A DNA stretch of 64,000 bases. Source: an uncultured Acidobacteriaceae bacterium. GTDB taxonomy: Bacteria; Acidobacteriota; Terriglobia; Terriglobales; Acidobacteriaceae. A program made the translations under genes and the position numbers. Under the pieces are notes generated by a model. It did no database searches, was not told the DNA's origin, and saw nothing but the letters and a program-made list of their open reading frames with translations. The stretch is taken from contig CAWENG010000004.1 in the NCBI GenBank assembly GCA_963810515.1, positions 1,162,969 to 1,226,968 on the forward strand, given 5' to 3'. Below are positions 33,522 to 43,428 of this stretch, piece by piece. Position 1 is the stretch's first letter. Every line of letters begins with the position of its first letter.

Positions 33522-33616
33522 CCGGCGTGGGGGCCTGGAGGCCTGCAGAACAGCCGGCCTACCACCCCAACGACGAAGACCTGTTGTTGGGGCCCCGGCC
33601 TGGAGACCGGCGGTAC
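33521..33616. repeat. Nested REP-like palindromic element
   Basis: A CCCCAACGAC..GTTGTTGGGG hairpin sits within a CAGCCGGCCT/GGAGACCGGC unit, between convergent genes. Confidence 0.55.
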
Positions 33617-33744
33617 CCATGGGCGGCGTCTCGTAAGGAATGCAGATTAGCGCGCTCAAATCGGGCGATTGGCGCAATGCGGCCTGAGGCCTCTTCGGCC
33701 ATCCAGTTCCAATGGATTATCCACCCCGCGGCCGTTGTCCGGTT

Positions 33745-35238
33745 TCAGAGCTTGTGCAGACCCAGGCGTGCGAAGCGCGCAGGGTCGGCACGGCGGAGCC
33801 GTATGGTGAGAAGAACGCCAATCAGCGCCGCGAGTGGGATCAGCGCCGGCAGCACAATCGCCAGCTTGCGAGATGCTCCGGTCAAGACATCAAAGTGGGC
33901 GAACGCGAGGAACACGATGACCGCAAAGGCAACGCCGGCAACGAGCGGCGCCAGAATGGACTTTAGTGTGCCGTGCGCGAGCGTCGGGTTCCGCAGAAAG
34001 AATGCAGGCACGGCGAAAGAAACGAGTGCCATCAACACGATGACGCCCAGAGTTCCAACGTTGGTGAGCCAGGAGAACAGGGTTAATACTGGATCGCTGC
34101 CTGACACCGCAAAAATCAACACAATGCTTGCCGCCAGGAGCGACTGCAGGACGGAACCGATATGAGGACTCTGATGAATAGCGTGGGTTTTGCCCAAGCG
34201 GCTGGGCAGCAATCCGTCGCGGCCCATGGCGTAAAAGTAGCGTGCCACCGAATTGTGGAAGGCCAGCAAGCCGGCAAATACACTGGTGACAAAAAGAATC
34301 CGCAATAGGGTGGTCAGCCATCCGCCCACATATTGATTGGAGAGATCGAACAGCAGATGGGTGGGATCGGGTAACCCACGAATTGTACTGACCACCTTGG
34401 CAGGGCCAATGCCCGTGACTACGCACCAACTCGACAACGCGTAAAAGCCGCCAATCAAGAGCACAGAGAAATAGGTGGCGAGCGGAACCGTCCGTTCGGG
34501 ATTTTTAGCTTCTTCAGCATATATGGTCGTCGCTTCGAAGCCAATGAAGGCAGCAAAACAAAACAGCAGACCGATGGAGGGCGAACCGCTGGCAAAAGCG
34601 TGCGGGGTGAAGGATGTGCCGCTGAGGCCGGCAGCGCCCCCGAACCTGATAATCGCCAAGTCCAGGATCAACACTCCAACGTATTCGCCGACCACCAACG
34701 CGCCCAGAACTTTCGCGGATATATCAATCTGGCGATAGCCGAGCACGGCGATAACCGCCATGGCCACGTAGGCATAAAGCCACCAGGGAAGATACACGCC
34801 GAAGAGACTTTGCAGCAAGCCGCTGCTGGCGGCTCCGAACATTCCATAGATGCCGATCTGCATAGTGTTGTAAGCGACAATGGCGATAATGGCGGCTGCT
34901 CCGCCAACGGTGCCGCCAAGGCCGCGCGTCGTAAAAGCATAGAAAGCGCCGGCGTTTGTGACGTAGCGCGCCATGCTCGTGTAACCGAGCGAGAAGATCA
35001 GAAGGACTGCCAGCACGGCGACAAAGGTGGCGGGAATCCCGGCGCCGTTGCCGAGGAGCATGGCGACTGGCACTCCGCCTGCCATGGCGACCAGCGGACC
35101 CGCGGCCGAGACTACGAAGAAGGTAATGAACCCCACTCCCAGCACACCGCGTCGTAGTTCACCGCCTTCCCCACTGTGCACAGGTAATGCGGATTCCGTT
35201 GCAATTTCTCCCATCCTGTATTTCCAATTCCCGGCCAT
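33745..35238 (-). CDS. APC-family amino acid/amine permease
   Basis: ~12 hydrophobic segments; LRRGVLG, NAGAFYAF, FIGFEATTIYAEEAKNPERTVP and RYFYAMGRDG motifs. Confidence 0.93.
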   Translation of the reverse strand: MAGNWKYRMGEIATESALPVHSGEGGELRRGVLGVGFITFFVVSAAGPLVAMAGGVPVAMLLGNGAGIPATFVAVLAVLLIFSLGYTSMARYVTNAGAFYAFTTRGLGGTVGGAAAIIAIVAYNTMQIGIYGMFGAASSGLLQSLFGVYLPWWLYAYVAMAVIAVLGYRQIDISAKVLGALVVGEYVGVLILDLAIIRFGGAAGLSGTSFTPHAFASGSPSIGLLFCFAAFIGFEATTIYAEEAKNPERTVPLATYFSVLLIGGFYALSSWCVVTGIGPAKVVSTIRGLPDPTHLLFDLSNQYVGGWLTTLLRILFVTSVFAGLLAFHNSVARYFYAMGRDGLLPSRLGKTHAIHQSPHIGSVLQSLLAASIVLIFAVSGSDPVLTLFSWLTNVGTLGVIVLMALVSFAVPAFFLRNPTLAHGTLKSILAPLVAGVAFAVIVFLAFAHFDVLTGASRKLAIVLPALIPLAALIGVLLTIRLRRADPARFARLGLHKL

Positions 35239-35435
35239 CTGGAAAGTCGCAGATGGACGAAGTAAGATCTTACCGTGAGCCCGGCCGCGCGACTGCGGAA
35301 TGCAAGTAAACGCGGGAGCTGGCGTAGAACACCTGCGTCTACGCTATTTCCTCGACGGGTGCAATTGTGAGCTTCCCAGACTTATACACTATCGCAAGTG
35401 ATGTCGCAACACTTTGCGAATCGGAGAAGGCCGGT

Positions 35436-36287
35436 ATGAAGAAACCAAAACCATTTATCCCAGTGGGGCAACTTGCGAAAGCATTCGCGCATGACAGCTT
35501 TGCGTTGCCTGTGAGCGAGGATCTCGCCGGAAAGAGGATGAAACTTCACTTCGAGGACGGGGCGCTCGCCGAATGCAGCTTCGAGACCATGGGCAAGCTG
35601 GTGTGGAAGCCCGCTTCCGGCGCAAAGAGCTCGCAGCCAACAGAGGAGACTTGCACAGTCACCAGAGTGCGCAAGGCAATCTATTTTGTCGATTTCGTCA
35701 AGCACGCGGAACGAGCAACCACCCTCAGCCTGGTGCTGGATCTAAGCCGAGGCATTTTTACGGTTGTGGAGGGCCGCTTACCGGAAAAGAAAGAAGCCAG
35801 GAAAGACCTGCTGAGCCGGGTCGATGCCGGCCGTGAACTGACAGACGTGGCCGCAATTTTCCGCCATGGCGCAATCGACCGCTCTTTTGGGCCTCGAACT
35901 CCATGCCATACCGTGACTGAAGAATTGGTGGGGAAGCGTATTGAATATTCTTACAGCCCCACGGAACGCTACGAACACATTTACCTCAACGGAAGTTTCT
36001 ACACATGGCATTGTCTGCTCGGTGCAGAGCAGGGGCTGGCCGACACGGACTGTTGCCATAGCTACAAACTGGCGCGTAATTTGTACCTTTTCGTGTGGCG
36101 GGAAAAGATCGTCCCCACTCTCGGCATTGTGGTGGTGGATCTGAATGCGATGAGAACCACGGGAAAGATCTTCGGGTACGAAGGTAACAACTTCAGGAAG
36201 GCGGCTAATTTCAGAATCGGGGCCCGGGCGCGCTTGCGGACCATTACACCGCCACATGTGGCGCGGCGCGAGACGCTGCATTTGTGA
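35436..36287 (+). CDS. MoaF-family protein
   Basis: FIPVGQLA, YFVDFVK, LVGKRIEYSYSPTERYEHIYLN, WHCLLGAEQGLADTD and LFVWREKIVPTLG match MoaF as I recall it. Confidence 0.8.
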   Translation: MKKPKPFIPVGQLAKAFAHDSFALPVSEDLAGKRMKLHFEDGALAECSFETMGKLVWKPASGAKSSQPTEETCTVTRVRKAIYFVDFVKHAERATTLSLVLDLSRGIFTVVEGRLPEKKEARKDLLSRVDAGRELTDVAAIFRHGAIDRSFGPRTPCHTVTEELVGKRIEYSYSPTERYEHIYLNGSFYTWHCLLGAEQGLADTDCCHSYKLARNLYLFVWREKIVPTLGIVVVDLNAMRTTGKIFGYEGNNFRKAANFRIGARARLRTITPPHVARRETLHL

Positions 36288-36392
36288 CAGGTGCTCTTTC
36301 ATTACGAATTATTCCTTGTCTCCCTGCATCATGCACGGGAGCTTCGACTGTGCGCCCGGAACCTTGCCGCAAAGGCGGAACTAGCACCTCCG

Positions 36393-37040
36393 CTAGGCTT
36401 CATTCCTGAAGGAGTCGCTGGCGGGCCCCCAGGGTTTGTCCAGCTCCCCGGCCAGCCACGACTCGCCACGCCGGTAGAGCTCTTCGACGGCCGGTCCGCG
36501 CCAGCCGTGAGGCATGCCGGGGCGAACGCTGAAGCCGATCTTCTCCTGGAGATAAGCCAAGGCAGCGTATTCGGCGGGGAACTTGTTGTAGAGCTGCTCG
36601 TCGATGCGCAGCTTCTCGCCGAGAATGACCGGATCGATGCGCGATTTGTCGAAGATTGTTTCGCGCAGGACGAGGCCCCAACGGCCGTCGCGCTTTTCCC
36701 AGAAGTCGTAGTGGCGGGCCATGCAGCTTACGTCGCAGAGCACGCCGTCGACCCGGTCACGTTGCTGAATCTCCATTTTGGTTTGCGAGATGGCGCGGCC
36801 TCCGTTGACCTTGACCGCAGTACCGCCGAGCAGATGCAGGATGCTTCCGCCCCGCTCCATCAAGTCACGGCTGCCGGCGATGAATTCTTCGAAACCCGCC
36901 TGTTTCCAGGAGGCGGTCATGCGGCCGTCTGGATGCCAGACTTTGCGGAACTCATCCCAGTGCGCCGTGTCGCGCCAGACGACCCAGTTTTCAATGAGCT
37001 CCCGGATGATGGCCCGGTCCTGCTTGTGCTGATCTTCCAT
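36393..37040 (-). CDS. NTF2/SnoaL-like protein
   Basis: DRAIIRELIENWVVWRD..W..FRKVWHPDG; YDFWEKRDGRWGLVLR. Confidence 0.8.
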   Translation of the reverse strand: MEDQHKQDRAIIRELIENWVVWRDTAHWDEFRKVWHPDGRMTASWKQAGFEEFIAGSRDLMERGGSILHLLGGTAVKVNGGRAISQTKMEIQQRDRVDGVLCDVSCMARHYDFWEKRDGRWGLVLRETIFDKSRIDPVILGEKLRIDEQLYNKFPAEYAALAYLQEKIGFSVRPGMPHGWRGPAVEELYRRGESWLAGELDKPWGPASDSFRNEA

Positions 37041-37102
37041 GCGCGATTCCTCCCGGTGGATGCAGCAACGGCCTCCACGTCCTTATGACCGCCGCTCCTT
37101 CT

Positions 37103-38551
37103 TTACGAATTGCTCCTTGTATACCGTGGGCCGCCAGTCAACTCGGTCAGCAACTCGGCAAACACTGCATCGAAGCGGTCGATATCTTCCTCGGTGGTGC
37201 AGGGGGAGACCAAAGTCATATTGTGAAAAGGCGTCAGCAGTATGGCGCGATTCAGGAAATAAAGATGGATCAGTGCCTCGATTTCATCATTGCGGGCGGC
37301 GGCCGCCTCACTGCCATTGCGCGGCGGCGTGGGACGATAAAGATACTCGACTCGCGAGCCGACACGTGTGACGTGCCAGGGTAAGCGGAACTCCCGAATG
37401 CGCCGCCCAATCAGATCTTCAAGCTTCGCTGCCAGGCCATTCATACGCTCATACACCTTCTCGGTCATTACCTCTTCCAGAGTTGTCCGAATGGCCCGCA
37501 TAGTTAGAGCATTCGCCGCCAACGTGCCACCGAACCCGTAGTGATTGATTCCCGGGCCGCTGGTCAGCGCTTCGATCGCCTTCCGGATCGCCTCATTCAT
37601 TCCGTAGACGGCGCTGGGAATCCCCGCGGACCACACCTTGCCGATCACGATCATGTCCGGATCGAGCCCGTACAGAGCGGTGCAGCCGCCCGGGCCGGCA
37701 CAGATCGTGTGGGTCTCGTCGATAATCAGCACAGTCCCCGTCTCTCGTGTCAGGCGCCGCAGAGCCTCGTGGAAGCCTGGGGCCGCGGGCACCATTCCGA
37801 TATTGGTCATCATCGGCTCGGCCAGCACGGCGGCTACGTCACGCGACTCCAAAGCCGCAGTCAGAGCGGCGACATCGTTGAACTCGATCAGCTTGGTCGT
37901 ATCCTGAAATGCGACGCCGTTCGGACTGATCCCAAATTGGGGAACCATCTGACCGTCTTGCAGTTCAACCTGCGTCTCATCTACCGAGCCATGGTACTTT
38001 CCGTTAAACACAAGAACTTTGTCCCGCCCGGTGACGATCCGTGCCAGACGCAGGGCAAAGCGGTTGGCGTCGGTGGCCGAAACTGCGACCTGCCAGCAAG
38101 GCAGCTTGAAGCGCCGTGCCAGTTCCTCGCCCACAAAGATAGCGTCTTCAGTGGGCAGCATATAAGTGGCGCCTTGAGACACGATCATATCGGCAATAGC
38201 GCCGGCCACGGCTGGGTTGGCGTGGCCGAACAGAGCGGCCGAGTCCCCCATGCAGAAATCGATATAGCGATTGCCATCTGCATCGAGCAGGCTGGCGTCC
38301 TTGGCCTGTGCGGCGAATATCGGATAGGGGCCGGCCCACTGACTCATCCAGTGCAAAGGAACTCCGTGCATCAGGTGACGGCGGGCACGCTCATACAGGG
38401 CTCCCGATTTCGCATGAGTTGCGCGGAACCGGGCCTCCTCGCGTTCATGGAGCAGGCGAATGCAGGCTGGGTCAATCCCATGAGAAGCCGTTTGCTGAGC
38501 GGATAATGCCATTGCTTCAACCTCTTCCATTGCGCCATAGCGCGGACCCAT
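37103..38551 (-). CDS. Class III PLP aminotransferase (GSA-aminomutase-like subgroup); start may be ~38512
   Basis: DADGNRYIDFCMGD, SATDANRFALRLAR, YHGSVDE, LIIDETHT, PDMIVIGK and GGTLAAN motifs. Confidence 0.88.
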   Translation of the reverse strand: MGPRYGAMEEVEAMALSAQQTASHGIDPACIRLLHEREEARFRATHAKSGALYERARRHLMHGVPLHWMSQWAGPYPIFAAQAKDASLLDADGNRYIDFCMGDSAALFGHANPAVAGAIADMIVSQGATYMLPTEDAIFVGEELARRFKLPCWQVAVSATDANRFALRLARIVTGRDKVLVFNGKYHGSVDETQVELQDGQMVPQFGISPNGVAFQDTTKLIEFNDVAALTAALESRDVAAVLAEPMMTNIGMVPAAPGFHEALRRLTRETGTVLIIDETHTICAGPGGCTALYGLDPDMIVIGKVWSAGIPSAVYGMNEAIRKAIEALTSGPGINHYGFGGTLAANALTMRAIRTTLEEVMTEKVYERMNGLAAKLEDLIGRRIREFRLPWHVTRVGSRVEYLYRPTPPRNGSEAAAARNDEIEALIHLYFLNRAILLTPFHNMTLVSPCTTEEDIDRFDAVFAELLTELTGGPRYTRSNS

Positions 38552-38798
38552 TCGCCTAATGCCAATGCATCGGCGCGTGCCAACGTTATGAACGCACTAT
38601 AGGATAGTCGCCGCGATAATTCCAATCGCCGCCGCATTCTGGCTGGACGCGTGAGCCATGGCCGGAAGAGACTCTAAGGTGGAAAAGATCAACGGCGGAA
38701 ATCTGAATCGCTGTCTCGTTTCCGGAAACTCTTGAGGCATCCTGTGCAGGTGATTGGCTGATGATAACTGGAAACTCCACCCAGCAATAAACAATCCT

Positions 38799-41105
38799 TC
38801 AAGGGCTCGCAGATTGATTTACGGTTAAGGCTTCCGCACGCTCTTCAGCCCTGAAAGCATCTTGCAGCCGCCCCTGCAACTGATATAGATGAGCTAGACG
38901 GCTCCAGAAACTGGGCACCTGGGGAAATAGGGAAACGGCCTTCTCTTCATAAGCCGTAGCTTCTGCTAGATTGCCGGAACTCTCCCAGACCATCGCACGG
39001 CCGTCATCAGCCTCCGCAGTAATTACATTGGCATCTTCGGCTGGTGCTGAATTCTGCGCGCTATCAAATGCATGCAGAGCATCCGCTGGCCTTCCAGCCT
39101 GCAAATAGGTATAGCCAAGTTCGAGCAAATCTCCCTCAGAGTTCTGATGCAGCGAGGCAAGGTGCTCAAGGGCATGGATGGCCTCAGGGAAGCGGTTCTG
39201 GGTGCGATACATCTCGGCCAACTCGCTCCAGATGACGTCTCGGTCTTCCAGAGCAGCCGAATTCAGCAAGTCCTGCTCGGCTTCTTCCATATGGCCAATC
39301 AGCTGAAGAGCTCGGCCGCGATAAAACCAGATTGCGGCGCAGTCGCTGAAGAGTGCTAAAGCTCGATTGGAGGCCACCACCGCATCCTGGTTGCGGTTGA
39401 GAGCAAGTAACAGAGATGCAGCGTTAGCCCAGCGGTTGAACTGGTCCGCGCGGCCTGCCACCATGCCGTCAGGCGGAATCCGGACGGTAGCACAGTCAAC
39501 CGGAAAGCGATCAATAAGAGGCTGGTTCTCCGGTGTCCGCCGCACAAATACCGCAGAGACTTCATCCATATACACTGGTCGCCAGTTCTGGCTGCTGCAA
39601 TACTGCGGTAGGACGCCGGAGACGTATTTCAATCCTGTATAACGCGCCAGCGCAAATACCATTGTATTAATGCCGTAGGAATCGGCGGTCTCAAGAAGCA
39701 GCTTTGAATCGGGGCCTGCGAGTTGAAGCTGCTGCAAATGCGCCAGAGCATCCTGTCCAAAGGGAAGGGCGCGCCCGTCGATGTAATCGGCGTACCCTTG
39801 TCCGAGCTTCCAGAGCAGGAAGCCTCCCTCTTCATAGCTGTTGAATATCTGTGCCGGCAGCTTCTCGCGCTGGATAAAGTCCATGGCCCGTTCAGGAAAC
39901 CACCATGAGAGCCCGGCGCCAAAGGTGGTGATCTGATCGCCTTTCAAGTAGTAGTAATTCGTGACCAGATCTGACGAGCGCAGGCACACCAATAAAAAAA
40001 AGGCCGTGGCCAGGGCTCCGCCCATCAGCCTGTTCAGCTCTGGTTTGCGGAAGCGCCAGCGCGTGTTTGACAACTCTGCCGTAAGCACGGCTCCGCCAAC
40101 CACCACCACGATTGCCGCCAGTTCCGCTACGAAGCGAACATGCCGGAGGGTCATCCAGAGCAGGGCGGAAAGCAGAATGGCGGCGAGCCACTTTCGGCGA
40201 AGCACAGCTACAAGTAACGCAAGCGCGGCCGCGGCCAGCAGCCATTCGGCGGCGCTAGCCGGATCGCGGAATTCCAAGCCCTGTTTTATGGTTCCCCATC
40301 CGAAGGTTACGCCGGCCCACTCTGTAATACGCACAGAGTGGACAGTCATGGCTGTTTGCTGCCGGGCGATGGCGCGGTAAATGTACCAGCCCCACGGATT
40401 GACCAGCGTCGCAGTGAACATGGCTGCCAGCCAGACAAGCAGGAGCGTTAGCCTGCGGCGGTTTCCCCGGCCCTGCTGTCCACGGAGCAGGCGAACGGCC
40501 TCTGCTGCCGCAAATAAGCATGACAGCGCAAGACCGGAGATGAATCCAGGATGTAGATTGACCCAGACAACCATAAATAGAGGCAGAGTCCACAACCTGC
40601 CGGAGCCGAACTGGTAGTACTCCCAGAGCACTGACAGAAACATCGCGAACAGCAGGATTGTGAACATATCGGCTCGCGGAGTCGTGCGGGCAGCTATAGC
40701 AGGAACTGCAAGGATGGCCAGTACGGCATGAACACCCGATGCCCGCCGGAGCAGCAGGGCGACCGAGCCCATGCACGCCAGCGCCCCCAGCCAGGAGATC
40801 AGACTGTACCCTCCCAGTAGATATGCACCGTAGAAGATAAGTCCCGATCCAACAGGATAAATCCACGGTTGACCTGCGGCGGTATAAGAGAAAATGTCGG
40901 TCGAGAAGACTGCATGATGCTGAGCAACCCAGCGTCCTGTTGCCAACTGCCAGAACAAATCAAAATCGCTGGTCTTTCTCAGGCCCGCAAGCAGTGAGTA
41001 GACAAGGGCAGTTATCAAAAGGGCAAGAAGCCAGACCTGCTTGCGTTTCGAATTTGCAGATACCGGCAGAGCGCCCTCCTCTGGGGGCATTGCGTCCATG
41101 TTCAT
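38799..41105 (-). CDS. Polytopic membrane protein with C-terminal TPRs (possible GT-C-type glycosyltransferase)
   Basis: DFDLFWQLATGRW..DIFSYTAAGQPW loop after TM1, many TMs, WVNLHPGF, YIDGR, then TPR helices. Confidence 0.7.
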   Translation of the reverse strand: MNMDAMPPEEGALPVSANSKRKQVWLLALLITALVYSLLAGLRKTSDFDLFWQLATGRWVAQHHAVFSTDIFSYTAAGQPWIYPVGSGLIFYGAYLLGGYSLISWLGALACMGSVALLLRRASGVHAVLAILAVPAIAARTTPRADMFTILLFAMFLSVLWEYYQFGSGRLWTLPLFMVVWVNLHPGFISGLALSCLFAAAEAVRLLRGQQGRGNRRRLTLLLVWLAAMFTATLVNPWGWYIYRAIARQQTAMTVHSVRITEWAGVTFGWGTIKQGLEFRDPASAAEWLLAAAALALLVAVLRRKWLAAILLSALLWMTLRHVRFVAELAAIVVVVGGAVLTAELSNTRWRFRKPELNRLMGGALATAFFLLVCLRSSDLVTNYYYLKGDQITTFGAGLSWWFPERAMDFIQREKLPAQIFNSYEEGGFLLWKLGQGYADYIDGRALPFGQDALAHLQQLQLAGPDSKLLLETADSYGINTMVFALARYTGLKYVSGVLPQYCSSQNWRPVYMDEVSAVFVRRTPENQPLIDRFPVDCATVRIPPDGMVAGRADQFNRWANAASLLLALNRNQDAVVASNRALALFSDCAAIWFYRGRALQLIGHMEEAEQDLLNSAALEDRDVIWSELAEMYRTQNRFPEAIHALEHLASLHQNSEGDLLELGYTYLQAGRPADALHAFDSAQNSAPAEDANVITAEADDGRAMVWESSGNLAEATAYEEKAVSLFPQVPSFWSRLAHLYQLQGRLQDAFRAEERAEALTVNQSASP

Positions 41106-41580
41106 CCTCCAAATATCCCGCTTGATCGATGGTCATTTTATACCATCCGGTTACGTGCAGATCGAAGAAGAACGGCGCGTGCGATGTCTGACGGATGCTC
41201 AGGGTTTCGCTTCCGCCGAAGGTTCCGATGATGCGCTCGGGCCCAAGTATGCGCCGTGCCTCGGACGGCGAAGGGTCGCCGGCGTCTACATGAACTCCGT
41301 CAAAATTCGCGTTCTCAAGCAGATCGACACGATCATCGAGAATTAACTTGAAATGCAGAGGAGGGATCGCGGCGCGAAGAATGGCTGAATCTGTCAGGAG
41401 TTGCAGCTGCGAAACTCAGATGTGACAGCTACATTGTCGCCTTCGTCCCTAATGCGCAGAGCCAGGCCCCGTCGCGACTAGCAATACGTTACACAACAGG
41501 TTGTGGCAGGGTGAGTGAAGCAGATACCCAGCTAGAATCATTTATATTCGCGGTCATCTCATAAGACGAGGTGACTCACT

Positions 41581-41895
41581 ATGTGTGTAGCGCCGACTTT
41601 TGAATTGACCTTTGCGGCCCGGACGGAGTTGGAAAAGCTGTCGCACCGGCGCACAACTTCTGTGCGTGTAGTGCAGCGGGGCCGAATCGTTCTGTCGGCC
41701 GCCGATGGGATGCAGAACAAGGAGAGTGCGCAGCGTCTGGGAGGTGCGCCGCGCATGGCAGCTTCGCCGAGAAGCTGGAAGCCATCGATGGCCGTGACTT
41801 CTGGTGGGGATTCAAAAACCATGTTCTGCAGCAAGTCAGTGACTTACGGTCGGCGACGATTCACGCCTAAGTGGTTGCCAGGAAGAAGAGCCTAA
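41581..41895 (+). pseudogene. IS630-family transposase N-terminal remnant
   Basis: ELT..ARTELEKLS.RR.TSVRVVQRGRIVL.AADGMQNKE.AQRLG HTH start; no DDE domain follows. Confidence 0.65.
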
Positions 41896-41908
41896 ACCGC
41901 GCAGAGGC

Positions 41909-42063
41909 TACACCGGATTAGGAATTGGTGTAGGGCGAGTTGATGCTCAAAAGTGCCGTTTTCCTTTCGGTGTCCCCAGAAAGCGAACTTTGCTTGCTGG
42001 GATAGAAGTAAACGGCACCCCGCACATTCTCGGATTCCTTACGTGAATTCCTAATCCAGTTTA
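41909..42063. mobile_element. ~155-bp MITE-like element with terminal inverted repeats and TA ends
   Basis: Left end TACACCGGATTAGGAATT; right end AATTCCTAATCCAGTTTA. The right TA coincides with the cytochrome stop codon. Confidence 0.7.
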
Positions 42064-42924
42064 AAACACAGTTCCAGCGGTACCGCCGTACATTTCGTTC
42101 GACTCCTCCCCATGGCACTGGCGGCAGAATTGCGCCGTCTGGTTGGATGCGGGGTTGGGATCGGCTGGGTTGTAGGGCGCGCGCAGAAAGAACGTAGTCG
42201 CATAGTAGCCCGCCGGCAGGCCCGTCGTCGGGCCCTTGGTCACTTTGACCACATTCATCACATGCGGATTGTGGCATGTTGTGCACATCACCACGGCGTT
42301 ACCGTTGTACGCGCTCGGCTCGACAAAGAATCCGTAGTTGGAAACGAACCTGCTGGAAGCTGGCCCTCTCATGCTGATCACACCGCCGGCGTTAGTGCAA
42401 TCCCAACCCGTGCCGCCGCAAGCGACTGATGCATTGAGCCCCATCGGATGTTCGTTGAGATAATTCCCCGCACCGGTGCCATTATTGCCGAGCAATGTCG
42501 GTATCTTGTTAGCGTTTCCGTAGGTTGCGGGCAGCTTCTCATAAACCGCGTTCTTCATCATGGTGCCCTCGGCATAGTTACCGTCGTGGCAGGTTAAGCA
42601 GGTGAGCATGCCGCCCACGTCAGGCGTCGTAGCCGACATGCTGGCCGGCAGAACTTCTACATATTTGCCTCCGTCTGTTGCAATGGTTTTGCCATAAAGA
42701 CTACTCGATTCTTCGCCCCAGAGAGCGACATTGCCGGTTGTGGCGTCGCCGGATTTGTTGGCGCCGTTGCCTCTTGCGCCGCCGTGTGGCGAGTGGCAAG
42801 CCGCACACCCACGGCCATAGTTTAGATGGGCGCCGAGAACGTCAGAGGTTGGCACGGTCATCTGGGCTCTCGAAAATCCCAAGGTTGCCATAAACAGAAG
42901 GGGGGCAAAGAGATACCGTTTCAT
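42061..42924 (-). CDS. Secreted tetraheme c-type cytochrome, OmcE-like (copy 2, intact)
   Basis: Signal peptide MKRYLF..SRAQ; hemes CAACH, CLTCHDG, CTTCHNPH, CRQCH; candidate distal His in GAH, PH, EHP, PH; AGGAGG RBS. Confidence 0.85.
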   Translation of the reverse strand: MKRYLFAPLLFMATLGFSRAQMTVPTSDVLGAHLNYGRGCAACHSPHGGARGNGANKSGDATTGNVALWGEESSSLYGKTIATDGGKYVEVLPASMSATTPDVGGMLTCLTCHDGNYAEGTMMKNAVYEKLPATYGNANKIPTLLGNNGTGAGNYLNEHPMGLNASVACGGTGWDCTNAGGVISMRGPASSRFVSNYGFFVEPSAYNGNAVVMCTTCHNPHVMNVVKVTKGPTTGLPAGYYATTFFLRAPYNPADPNPASNQTAQFCRQCHGEESNEMYGGTAGTVF

Positions 42925-43017
42925 GGAAAGCCTCCTGATGCGCATTTCATTTAGAAATGCGCCGCAGCAGAGCCACGCCCGCGCGTTGGCAACCAGCTCT
43001 GCGATTCACTGCCTGCC

Positions 43018-43044
43018 TTATCGGCAGTAAGCAAAATCTCATTA
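43018..43044 (-). promoter_or_regulatory. Sigma28 (FliA)-type promoter for cytochrome copy 2
   Basis: Minus strand reads TAAT-N15-GCCGATAA versus consensus TAAA-N15-GCCGATAA, ~95 bp upstream of the ATG. Confidence 0.65.
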
Positions 43045-43242
43045 GAGGCAGCACAGAATTTGGGATTTCGGTGAGTGTGCGCGACGCTATCTACCGCTGT
43101 TTTTGCGGGCAGGGCGGAAGGCGCTTCAAATCAAGCGAAATGTTGATATTAGCGGTGCGCGGGACCGGGGAAATGTTCGCTCAGATGGTTACGGTTGCCC
43201 CGCAAACGTTCGTTCGGGAGGGTGCGATTCTTCGAGACAAAT

Positions 43243-43313
43243 ACCGAGAATAGTTGCGAACAATTGGTAGTTAGAACCGAGAATAGTTGCGAATAAGAGC
43301 GAGTAGCACCGAG
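43243..43313. repeat. 18-bp direct repeat at 33-bp period
   Basis: ACCGAGAATAGTTGCGAA at 43243 and 43276; partial ACCGAG at 43308. Confidence 0.75.
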
Positions 43314-43428
43314 TAATTTCCCAAAAGTGCGTCTTAACAGGGCTTAGCGGGCAGAAAATGGCCAATTTTGGCCCATTTTTCGCATGTTTTCGCGTGCTTT
43401 TGCGCGTCTGGACTTTTTATCTAAGCTT

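Noticed and set aside
35436-36287. Molybdenum cofactor biosynthesis role for MoaF
   Set aside because: No Moco genes or molybdoenzymes are nearby, and the context is amine uptake and transamination.
38560-38790. Short ORFs upstream of the second aminotransferase, possibly a permease remnant
   Set aside because: Only a brief hydrophobic stretch with no diagnostic motif.
43243-43313. Possible mini CRISPR array
   Set aside because: Only two full 18-bp repeats with a 15-bp spacer, both too short, and no cas genes in the window.
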